From an uncultured Alcanivorax sp. (GTDB taxonomy: Bacteria > Pseudomonadota > Gammaproteobacteria > Pseudomonadales > Alcanivoracaceae), in the NCBI GenBank assembly GCA_913055795.1, contig CAJXLA010000001.1, positions 9,997 through 73,996 on the forward strand: a stretch of 64,000 nt of DNA, given 5' to 3'. Shown here one piece after another: positions 27,588 to 36,038 of this stretch. Under the pieces are notes generated by a model. The model was not told the DNA's origin. It was given only the letters and a program-made list of their open reading frames with translations, and searched no databases. Position numbers and translations under genes: made by a program. Each line of letters opens with the position of its first letter. Position 1 is the stretch's first letter.

Positions 27588-28427
27588 CTAACCGCCGTCC
27601 TGGTTGCCGCCCTGACCACCACCGGGTACAGGCGAGCCGCCCTGCATGGGTTGCTTGGCGCCGCCACTGGTGGCCAGATTCTTGGCCAGTTCCAGCTCAT
27701 CCGTCATCTGGTGGCTGTAGCGATGAATCAGGAAGGGAACCGCGTCTTCCGAAAAGTTGACCAGGGACTCCCGGATAAAGCGCCACCGAATCCGCACCTG
27801 CCCCAGGGTGCGTTTGATCGCATCTTCGTCGGCGTATTGCTTTTCCACTTCACTCAGGCTTTCGCCAAAGGCGGGGACGGCCTCTTCAAAGGAAATGCGG
27901 TCGCCGCTCCCCGCGACGCCGCCGCCCGGAGCAGCCGCAAGCCGGAGATATTCGGCCGCGATATGCTGCAGGTCACCCCCCAGTGACATGAGATCCGAGT
28001 ACTTGCCCTCGTCGGCAAGATCCGCGCCTTCCAGCTGCTTCACCATGGACTTGCCGGCCGAGCGAAGATCCAGCCGCGTGTAGCGGCTGGGCTGGCCCTG
28101 TTCGGCCGTCTCGTTGGCCCGGGCATACTCGACAAAGTCCGACCAGTTGGATTCCAGCTCCGATACCAGGGTATTGCCCGCATCGCTTGCCGCACTGGAG
28201 CGCAGACTGTCCAGGGTTTTATTGCCCCGCTGGATGCTCTCTTCCATCTGCTTGCGGTATTCCTCGCTGCCTCCCATGACCGTGAGCATGTGAAAGTCCG
28301 CCTGAACACGCCAGACGTCCATGATCATCTGTTCAATACCGGTTTGCTTGATGGCCGCCTGCAGCCCCGTGGAACAGGTCAGCAGCATCATGGCAGCGAA
28401 GATCCGAGACAGTATTGTTTTTTTCAT
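27588..28427 (-). CDS. Exported all-helical hypothetical protein
   Basis: Signal peptide, 279 aa, Gly/Gln-rich tail. Confidence 0.8.
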   Translation of the reverse strand: MKKTILSRIFAAMMLLTCSTGLQAAIKQTGIEQMIMDVWRVQADFHMLTVMGGSEEYRKQMEESIQRGNKTLDSLRSSAASDAGNTLVSELESNWSDFVEYARANETAEQGQPSRYTRLDLRSAGKSMVKQLEGADLADEGKYSDLMSLGGDLQHIAAEYLRLAAAPGGGVAGSGDRISFEEAVPAFGESLSEVEKQYADEDAIKRTLGQVRIRWRFIRESLVNFSEDAVPFLIHRYSHQMTDELELAKNLATSGGAKQPMQGGSPVPGGGQGGNQDGG

Positions 28428-28530
28428 CAGCTGATTCTCCGGAAAACGTATTGAACCCTGGATTACTCCCTCCGGCCGACCCGTTGGGCCCGGCTGTTCA
28501 GCTCCAGCCTTGCGTGCCCGTCCCCTTGAG

Positions 28531-29112
28531 TCAATCCCCGGGCACGGAATCCATCAGATGGTCCGAACTCTCAAGCGACTGCGGCCACTGAGACCAGGAC
28601 TGCAGAAAGAACTCGGGCATCATGAACATCATAATGATATTGGCGGCCATGGACAGCAGGGAAAGCAGCCACCAGAACCCGCCAAACACTTGCACCAGCA
28701 GGCCATTGGGTGGATTGGGCGCACCGAAGCGGTTGCCCACGGCCGTGCCCGGCGCCACCAGCAGGTAAATGGACAACAGCAGATTCACCCCGGGTACCAG
28801 GATCAGCAACGCCCACCAGCCGGCGTGATCCCGGTCATGCAGGCGGCGCACCATAAGCCCGATCGACCAGACGAAAAAGGCCAGCCCCAGCCCCGCAATG
28901 GCCGCAAGCAGCAGCGGCGCGAGACTTTCCGGCGTCCAGGAGGCCCGACTGAAAATGAACAGCAGGGCCGCGGACAGACCCGTAATGATGGCGCCGGTGA
29001 GGTAATAGCAGCAAAAGCGCAGCCGATTGAGCCGCTGGGTGAGACTGAGCGCTTGCATGGTCTCGAACGAGACTTGTGCTTCCGGCGGTACCCGACTTAC
29101 CTGTTCATACAT
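28531..29112 (-). CDS. DUF805 family inner membrane protein
   Basis: VRRLHDRDHAGWW...PG...NRFG motif. Confidence 0.9.
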   Translation of the reverse strand: MYEQVSRVPPEAQVSFETMQALSLTQRLNRLRFCCYYLTGAIITGLSAALLFIFSRASWTPESLAPLLLAAIAGLGLAFFVWSIGLMVRRLHDRDHAGWWALLILVPGVNLLLSIYLLVAPGTAVGNRFGAPNPPNGLLVQVFGGFWWLLSLLSMAANIIMMFMMPEFFLQSWSQWPQSLESSDHLMDSVPGD

Positions 29113-29515
29113 CCGGTTCACTCCCCTGTGCCGCCGTGGCCGATTCCTCCCAGGCGCGGAAGTCAGCCAGGTCACTCCGGATATGATGAACCACGCGGGC
29201 CGCCACCGCCAGATCGTCCATAAAGCCCATGGCGACAATAAAATCCGGAATGGCATCCAGGGGCATGAGGAAATAGATCAGCGCCCCCAGGGCAGCGACA
29301 ATGGACGCCACGGGCACCTGCCGGTACTCGCCCCGCGCCCAGGCTCCTACCAGCCGGGCGAGCGCGCGCAGATCGTCCAGCCCTTCGCCCAGCCGGCCCT
29401 GGAAACGCGTGGCCCTGTCCGTGGCCCGCCGGGCCAGATCCGCCGCCCGCCCGGGTTCGCGGCTGAGGTGTTGTGCCTGCTCCCGGGCCCGTTCTTCATG
29501 CCGGTTGCGCGCCAT
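29105..29515 (-). CDS. DUF1232 (YkvA family) protein
   Basis: YFLMPLDAIPDFI..GFMDD motif. Confidence 0.9.
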   Translation of the reverse strand: MARNRHEERAREQAQHLSREPGRAADLARRATDRATRFQGRLGEGLDDLRALARLVGAWARGEYRQVPVASIVAALGALIYFLMPLDAIPDFIVAMGFMDDLAVAARVVHHIRSDLADFRAWEESATAAQGSEPDV

Positions 29516-30294
29516 CAAGCCTCCAGCTCATCGTAAAGCGCCCGGAATTCCCCGGTGAGCTTGTGCCGCGGGGCAAAATTGACCAGCGGCGAAGCCCGCT
29601 CGTGGGATTCGCGCATGATGACACTGCTGGAAACATGACTGTCCAGCACGGGCAGCCCCTCGCTGCGCAACTCCTCGACCACTTCGCGCGGCAGCCGGGC
29701 CCGGGGCTGATACTGGTTGGCCACAATGCCCTCCACGCGTAGATCCTCGTTGTGATCCTCCCGCGCTTCCTGGATATTCTCCAGCAGACTGTACAGCGCC
29801 TTGCGCGAGAAGGCGTCACAGTCGAAGGGGATCAGGCAGCCGTGTGCGGCGATCAGCGCCGACAAGGTATAGAAGTTGTAGGCGGGCGGTGTGTCGATGT
29901 AGATCACGTCGTATTCGCGGTCCAGCTTTTTCATCAAACCGCGCAGCTTGTAGATCTTGTGCTTGCTTTCCAGCAGATGCTCGATTTCGCCCAGTTCCGG
30001 GTTGGACGGCAGGATGTCCAGATTCGAGAAGCCGGTGGCGTGGACATAATCCGTAGCCGAAGGCTCGCGCAGGCGCATGGACAGGGCCTCGCCGAAAAAG
30101 GTGCCGATATTGGGGCTTGGGCCCTGATCATGGTGGAAGGCCTCCATGCCCAGCAGGTACTGGCTGGCGTTGCATTGCGGGTCCAGGTCCACCACCAGGG
30201 TGCGTTTGCCCTCGCTCGCACTGATGGCGGCCAGGTTCACGGCGATGCTGGACTTGCCCACGCCCCCTTTCTGGTTGAACACCACGCGGCGCAT
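29515..30294 (-). CDS. ParA family ATPase (no adjacent parB)
   Basis: NQKGGVGKS deviant Walker A, DLDPQCN and IDTPP motifs. Confidence 0.93.
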   Translation of the reverse strand: MRRVVFNQKGGVGKSSIAVNLAAISASEGKRTLVVDLDPQCNASQYLLGMEAFHHDQGPSPNIGTFFGEALSMRLREPSATDYVHATGFSNLDILPSNPELGEIEHLLESKHKIYKLRGLMKKLDREYDVIYIDTPPAYNFYTLSALIAAHGCLIPFDCDAFSRKALYSLLENIQEAREDHNEDLRVEGIVANQYQPRARLPREVVEELRSEGLPVLDSHVSSSVIMRESHERASPLVNFAPRHKLTGEFRALYDELEA

Positions 30295-30485
30295 AGCTGT
30301 TGTCCCCCGGATCTGTGAATGGTTGACCGGATGATACACAGCCTTCCAGCACCAGGGCTACCAGCGCCGGCCGGCTTTGTGCGTATATAGATCCCGGAAA
30401 GGTGTATAGAACCAGCTGGTTCTGCTTGTCAGGGTGGCCATGGTTCCTAGAATGTAGGAAAACAAAGTATTTACCGGAGGTATTC

Positions 30486-31835
30486 ATGGCCACCGCCGCC
30501 CCCTTGTCGGATGTGCCCCGAGACAGCGAACTCCAGGCGGTACCGGGCGATTCCGGCCCGCCCCTGGTCGGCTACACCTTCAGCTTCATGAAGGATCCGG
30601 TCACCATGCTGCGCCAGCGCTACGACCATTATGGCCCGGTGTCCTGGGCCCATCTGTTCGGTATCCGCATGGTTCAGCTGCTGGGTCCGGAAGCCAACGA
30701 GTTCGTGTTCAAGAACAAGGGCAACCTCTTCAGCAACAACCAGGGCTGGGACTACTTCATCGGCAAGTTCTTCCGGCGCGGGATCATGCTGCTCGATTTC
30801 GACGAGCACAAATGGCACCGCAAGATCATGCAGCAGGCCTTCCACCGGGATGTGCTCAAGGACTATCTGGAGCGCATGGGCGTGGGGATCGAACAGGGCA
30901 TTGCGGACTGGGAATCAGACGACAACTTCCATGTCTTCAACGCCATCAAACAGCTCACCCTGGACCTGGCCACGGATGTCTTCATGGGTCATGAACTGGG
31001 CCCGGAGGCGGACCGCATCAACCGCGCCTTTATCGACGCCGTGCGCGGCGGTACCGCCTTCGTGCGTTTCCAGGTGCCGGGACTGCGCTGGTCACGAGGA
31101 CTGCGCGGACGTCGGGTACTGGAGGACTTTTTCTATCGTCATATCCCCGAAAAGCGCCAGAGCAACGAAGGCGACATGTTCAGCGTACTCTGCCGCGCCG
31201 AAACCGAGGACGGCGAATATTTCACCGACGATGATGTGGTCAACCACATGATCTTTCTGATGATGGCGGCCCACGACACCTCCACCATCACCCTGTGCAA
31301 CATGTTCTATTATCTGGCGCGCTATCCGGAATGGCAGGAACGCGTGCGCGCCGAATCCCGGGCCCTGGGCAAGGAGCCCATCAGCTACGAGGATCTGGAT
31401 CAGCTGGAATCCGCCGGGCTGGTCATGAAGGAGGCCCTGCGGCTGTGCGCGCCCGTGCCCTCACTGCCGCGCATGACCACCCAGGACGTGGAATTCCAGG
31501 GCTATTTCATTCCGAAAGGGACCATGGTCAATATCCTGCCCTACTTCACGCACTACATGCATGAGTACTGGCCCGATCCCTACCGCTTCGACCCGGAACG
31601 CTTCGCCGAACACCGCCGAGAAGACAAGGTTCACCCCTACGCCTGGGTTCCCTTCGGCGGCGGTGCGCACAAGTGCATCGGCCTGCACTTCGCGGAGTTG
31701 CAGGTCAAGGCCATCCTGCATCAGGTGGTCCAGCATTTCGAGTGGACGGTGGACCCGGATTACGAGATGCCGGTCGACACCAGTTCATTGCCCGTGCCGG
31801 GAGACGGCCTTCCCGTGAAGATGCGGCGGATCTGA
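30486..31835 (+). CDS. Cytochrome P450
   Basis: AAHDTS I-helix, EALR, PERF and FGGGAHKCIG heme motif. GGAGG RBS. Confidence 0.96.
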   Translation: MATAAPLSDVPRDSELQAVPGDSGPPLVGYTFSFMKDPVTMLRQRYDHYGPVSWAHLFGIRMVQLLGPEANEFVFKNKGNLFSNNQGWDYFIGKFFRRGIMLLDFDEHKWHRKIMQQAFHRDVLKDYLERMGVGIEQGIADWESDDNFHVFNAIKQLTLDLATDVFMGHELGPEADRINRAFIDAVRGGTAFVRFQVPGLRWSRGLRGRRVLEDFFYRHIPEKRQSNEGDMFSVLCRAETEDGEYFTDDDVVNHMIFLMMAAHDTSTITLCNMFYYLARYPEWQERVRAESRALGKEPISYEDLDQLESAGLVMKEALRLCAPVPSLPRMTTQDVEFQGYFIPKGTMVNILPYFTHYMHEYWPDPYRFDPERFAEHRREDKVHPYAWVPFGGGAHKCIGLHFAELQVKAILHQVVQHFEWTVDPDYEMPVDTSSLPVPGDGLPVKMRRI

Positions 31836-31839
31836 AAAA

Positions 31840-32026
31840 GGAGCGAGGAGCGAGGAGCGAGGCGCGAGGAGCGAGGGGCGAGGTGCCAGGAAAAGCCGGG
31901 CGTCGAAGGCGTCCGGCGCACTGCCCTTTTTCGAGCGAGATTTATTAAAAACCACAGAGAGCACAGAGGATACACCCTGCCCCTTGCTCCTCTTTTTCTA
32001 GCTCCTCGGCCCTCGCGCCTCGCTCC
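31840..32026. repeat. Inverted pair of heptamer tandem arrays (GGNGCGA)n ... (TCGCNCC)n
   Basis: 7 units at 31840-31888 and about 4 complementary units at 31999-32026, between convergent genes. Confidence 0.85.
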
Positions 32027-32032
32027 TTGAGC

Positions 32033-33394
32033 CTACGGCTCAATAAACTCCCCATCCCGCATCGTAACGAACTCCTCAGCTGACGTCGGATGGATGCCCA
32101 CTGTGGCGTTGAAATCCGCCTTGGTGGCCCCCATGCGCAGCGCCACGGCGAAGCCCTGGGTAATTTCGGAGGCTTCTTCGCCGGCCATGTGCAGGCCCAC
32201 CACCTGATCCGTGGCGTTGTCCACGATCAGTTTCATCAGGGCTTTCGTCTCGCTCTTGCCCAGGCTGTGGCGCATGGGGCGGAATTTGGTCTGGTACACG
32301 CGCACGGGGCCGTGGTGTTCCAGGGCTTCGTGTTCGGTCAGACCCACGGAGCCGATATTGGGCTGGCAGAACACCGCCGACGGGATGAATTCGTAAGACA
32401 AGGGAATGGGGTTTTCATCGCTGTACAGGTGACGAGCCAGCCACATGCCCTCTTCCAGGGCCACCGGAGTCAACTGCACGCGGTCGGTGACATCGCCGAT
32501 GGCGTACACACCCGGTATGGAACTCTCATAGTGATCGTCCACGACCACGGCGCCGGTGTAACTCAGGTCCGGTTGTACGCGCTCGGCGAAGAGTTCGTCC
32601 ACCAGGGGGACGCGACCGGTGGCATAGAAGACCCGGTCCACGTCCATGAAGTCGCCGTGACCGAGGTTCAAGCGAAGGCCGTCGTCCAGAGCTTCCACAG
32701 AATCCACTTCGGTGCTGAAATGCAATTCTATGCCCTGGCGGGCCATATCCTCGGCCACGAACTCGCGAATGTCGTCGTCGAAACCGCGCAGGAAAAGCTC
32801 GCGCCGGTAGATCAGCTCCACGTCACAGCCCAGGCCGTTGAGAATGGAGGCAAATTCACAGGCGATATAGCCGCCGCCCACCACGGCCACCGCCCGGGGC
32901 AGTTCGTCCAGGTAGAAGAGATCGTCGGAGATATTGATGTGTTCCCGCCCGGGAAAGTCCGGTATCCAGGGCTTGCCGCCGGTGGCGACCAGGATATGAC
33001 GCGTGTTCAGCCGTTGCTCGCCCACGCGAACCACGCCTTCGGACTCGATCACGCCATGGCCCTCGTAGATGGCCACATCCGAACGGATCAGCAGATTCTG
33101 GTAAATGCCGTTCAGGCGTTCGATCTCGCGATCCTTGGTCTGGCGCAGCCGGGACCAGTCCACCTCGGGCACCTCGGTGGCGTAGCCGAAATCCCGCGCC
33201 AGAGCGATATCCTCGGGAAAGCCGGCCGCGTAGGCGAAGAGTTTCTTGGGGACACAGCCCACATTGACGCAGGTGCCGCCATAAAAGCGCTCCTCGACAA
33301 TGGCCACGCGCGCACCGAAACCCGCGGCCGTGCGCGCGGCCCGAACACCGCCGGAACCCGCGCCTATGACGACCAGATCAAAGTCTTCACTCAT
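32033..33394 (-). CDS. gorA: Glutathione-disulfide reductase
   Basis: GAGSGG, GGTCVNVGCVPKK and GIHPTSAEE motifs. Confidence 0.93.
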   Translation of the reverse strand: MSEDFDLVVIGAGSGGVRAARTAAGFGARVAIVEERFYGGTCVNVGCVPKKLFAYAAGFPEDIALARDFGYATEVPEVDWSRLRQTKDREIERLNGIYQNLLIRSDVAIYEGHGVIESEGVVRVGEQRLNTRHILVATGGKPWIPDFPGREHINISDDLFYLDELPRAVAVVGGGYIACEFASILNGLGCDVELIYRRELFLRGFDDDIREFVAEDMARQGIELHFSTEVDSVEALDDGLRLNLGHGDFMDVDRVFYATGRVPLVDELFAERVQPDLSYTGAVVVDDHYESSIPGVYAIGDVTDRVQLTPVALEEGMWLARHLYSDENPIPLSYEFIPSAVFCQPNIGSVGLTEHEALEHHGPVRVYQTKFRPMRHSLGKSETKALMKLIVDNATDQVVGLHMAGEEASEITQGFAVALRMGATKADFNATVGIHPTSAEEFVTMRDGEFIEP

Positions 33395-33427
33395 TTGTCC
33401 TCCCCTGCCTTGTGTTATGGCCAACAG

Positions 33428-34996
33428 CTAGCGATACATGGGCATCCGGATCGCCGGTTGCATGTCCGAGCGGCGTCCGTGATCCAGATAGGCGTTGTTT
33501 TCCACGGGCGGCCAGAGTTCGTCCAGCCGCACCGAGCGGGCGTCGCCGGTCATCATGCGTGCGTGCTTGCGCGTCAGCCCGCGTGGCTCCGACACCCCGC
33601 AGGAGTGCGCAATCATGCCCACCTCGCGCACCAGATGCGCATGAAAGTGCTGGACTCGCTCGGCCTTGTCCCGCGGCACCAGCCCGCGCTGGAGCCTCGG
33701 ATCATGGGTGGTGACTCCAGTGGGACAGGTGTTCTCGTTGCACTGCAACGCCTGAATACAGCCCAGGGCGAACATGAAACCCCGGGCGGAGGTACAAAAA
33801 TCCGCCCCCATGGCCAGGGCCCAGGCCACCCGGTTGGGGGTAATCAATTTGCCCGACGCGATGACGCGTATACGGTCGCGCAATCCATAGCCGTTTAGCA
33901 GGTCCACCACCAGTGGCAGCGACTCGGAAAGGTTCAGGCCCACATCGTCCATAAGCGGCATGGGCGCCGCGCCGGAACCGCCATCGCCGCTGTCCACGGT
34001 GATGAAATCCGGTGCGCTCTCCCGGCCCCGGCGGTGGACAGCCAGCAAGAGATCCTCAAGCCATTCCCAGTCCCCTACCACCGTCTTGATGCCCACGGGC
34101 TTGCCGGTCACGTCCCGCACCCGATTGATCAGGTCCAGGAGTTCGTCCTCGTTGCTCACATCCGGGTGCCGGTTGGGGCTGATGGACGCCTCGCCCTCGG
34201 GGATGCCACGAATCCGGGCAATCTCCGGCGTAACCTTGGATGCCGGGAGAATTCCGCCCTTGCCGGGCTTGGCCCCCTGGCTGAGCTTGATCTCGAACAT
34301 CTTCACGCGCGAGTGGCCGGCGACTTCCTCAAGCCTGTGGTTGCTCAAGTTGCCCTCGTGATCCCGGACCCCGTAACGCGCCGTGCCGATCTGGAAGACC
34401 AGATCACAGCCGCCCTCTTCGTGGTACTCGGCCAGACCACCCTCGCCCGTATTCATCCAGCAACCGGCCATGCCCGCGCCCCGGGACAGCGCCTGCACGG
34501 CCGGCCGGGATATGGCCCCGTAGCTCATGGCCGAGGCGTTGTACAGCGAGCGCGCCGCGTACGGCTGGCGGCAATGGGGACCGATCATCATGGCCGGGCT
34601 TTCTACCGAATCCTTTTCCAGCACGGACCAGGCACTGCTGGCGAACACCACCTCGCCGGGCACCAGGGTGTTCTTGGTGGAGCCGAAAGGCACGGTGTTG
34701 TTCAGATCCTTGGCGGCGCGGTAGACCCAGGAACGCTGGGCCCGATTGAACGGCAGCTCCTCGCGATCATGGGCATAGAAATACTGGCGGAAAAACTCGC
34801 CCAGATGCTCGAAAAAGTAGCGAAAGCGGCCGATCAATGGATAATTTCGCCGAACGGCATGTCTTTTCTGGATAAAACGGTCCTCGAACCAGAGCCCGAA
34901 AACGGTGACGGACAACACCAGCAGGCCCAGCAAGAAACCCAGCAACAGAATATCGGTGAGGGTTTGCACAAAGGCTGTCAGACCGGGAGGCAGCAT
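33428..34996 (-). CDS. FMN-binding glutamate synthase family protein
   Basis: SAMSYG, NTGEGG, KLSQGAKPG, and CIQALQCNENTCPTG Fe-S motif. N-terminal TM helix. Confidence 0.92.
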   Translation of the reverse strand: MLPPGLTAFVQTLTDILLLGFLLGLLVLSVTVFGLWFEDRFIQKRHAVRRNYPLIGRFRYFFEHLGEFFRQYFYAHDREELPFNRAQRSWVYRAAKDLNNTVPFGSTKNTLVPGEVVFASSAWSVLEKDSVESPAMMIGPHCRQPYAARSLYNASAMSYGAISRPAVQALSRGAGMAGCWMNTGEGGLAEYHEEGGCDLVFQIGTARYGVRDHEGNLSNHRLEEVAGHSRVKMFEIKLSQGAKPGKGGILPASKVTPEIARIRGIPEGEASISPNRHPDVSNEDELLDLINRVRDVTGKPVGIKTVVGDWEWLEDLLLAVHRRGRESAPDFITVDSGDGGSGAAPMPLMDDVGLNLSESLPLVVDLLNGYGLRDRIRVIASGKLITPNRVAWALAMGADFCTSARGFMFALGCIQALQCNENTCPTGVTTHDPRLQRGLVPRDKAERVQHFHAHLVREVGMIAHSCGVSEPRGLTRKHARMMTGDARSVRLDELWPPVENNAYLDHGRRSDMQPAIRMPMYR

Positions 34997-35290
34997 GGCG
35001 TACTCCTTGGTAAATGCTCCGGGGCCCGGATCATGGAAAACCGGATTACGCCCGGGACGGCAACGAATAATGGACCAAAGCACCGAAGTGGAAAAGATGC
35101 CGTGCGCGGCGGGCCGTTACAAGTATATCCCGAGGAAGCAACACGGGCCGCCTTTTCGAGGCTTGAAACGCACCCTTGATCCCGGCCCGTACATCACTTG
35201 AAGATTCGGCGGCAGGTTTCTGATTTACCTGAGAAACCAATCCGTTATACTGAAATCTTACCAGAAGAAGAATCACGGGGACGAACAAGG

Positions 35291-35905
35291 GTGCTACGAG
35301 CCGGTTTACTCACGCTGGTATTGCTGCCCTGGACGGCGCAGGCGGAGCGGATCTTTGAGTACCGCGACGCGGACGGGGGCGTGGTCTTTACCGATCGTGG
35401 CCAGAAACAGATGCCCGATGACCACTCCTTGCTGAAGGTGCGCAAGGGCTGGGAATACGAGCCGCAGCCGTTGCCTCCGGAACAGCGCGACCGGTATGAC
35501 CCGGATATCCGCTATGCCGCGCGCTCGCACGATCTCGATCCGGCGCTGATCAAGGCGGTGATTCACGCGGAATCGCTGTTCGACCCCTATGCGGTGTCCT
35601 CCGCCGGGGCCGAAGGGCTGATGCAGCTCATGCCGGAAACCGCCGGTCACCTGAATGTCCATCGCCCCTTTGATCCGCGCCAGAACATCCTGGGCGGCAG
35701 CGAGTTTCTGGCCTATCTGCAGCAGCGTTTTGACCGCCTGGAGCATGTGCTGGCGGCCTACAACGCCGGCGAAACCAATGTCCGCAAATACGGCGGCATC
35801 CCGCCTTTCACGGAAACGCAGAATTACGTCAAGAAAGTGAAAGAACTGCTGACCGACTATCGCCAGCAGTTCAGTGCATCAAATGAGACAGTCGCGAATC
35901 GATAA
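35291..35905 (+). CDS. Lytic transglycosylase (SLT domain) with N-terminal DUF4124-like region
   Basis: AES, GLMQLMP, AAYNAG and ETQNYV motifs. Start uncertain. Confidence 0.88.
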   Translation: MLRAGLLTLVLLPWTAQAERIFEYRDADGGVVFTDRGQKQMPDDHSLLKVRKGWEYEPQPLPPEQRDRYDPDIRYAARSHDLDPALIKAVIHAESLFDPYAVSSAGAEGLMQLMPETAGHLNVHRPFDPRQNILGGSEFLAYLQQRFDRLEHVLAAYNAGETNVRKYGGIPPFTETQNYVKKVKELLTDYRQQFSASNETVANR

Positions 35906-35910
35906 ATAGA

Positions 35911-36013
35911 GTCGAAAGACGAAAGCGGAAAGATCAAAGAAGAAATAGGTTCAAATGGGGCGCCTTTGGCGCCCCATGCTTTCGCTTTCCACTTTAGGCT
36001 TTCTTCTTTCGTC
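35911..36013. repeat. Inverted heptamer arrays (GNNGAAA)5 ... (TTTCNNC)n around a central hairpin
   Basis: gtcgaaa gacgaaa gcggaaa gatcaaa gaagaaa; central ATGGGGCGCC-TTT-GGCGCCCCAT (35955-35977); complementary units 35980-36013. Confidence 0.8.
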
Positions 36014-36038
36014 TCGAGCAAGACGCGCTCCGCGCGCC

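Noticed and set aside
31840..31888. Tandem repeats as a CRISPR array
   Set aside because: 7-bp units with no spacers, and no cas genes in the window.
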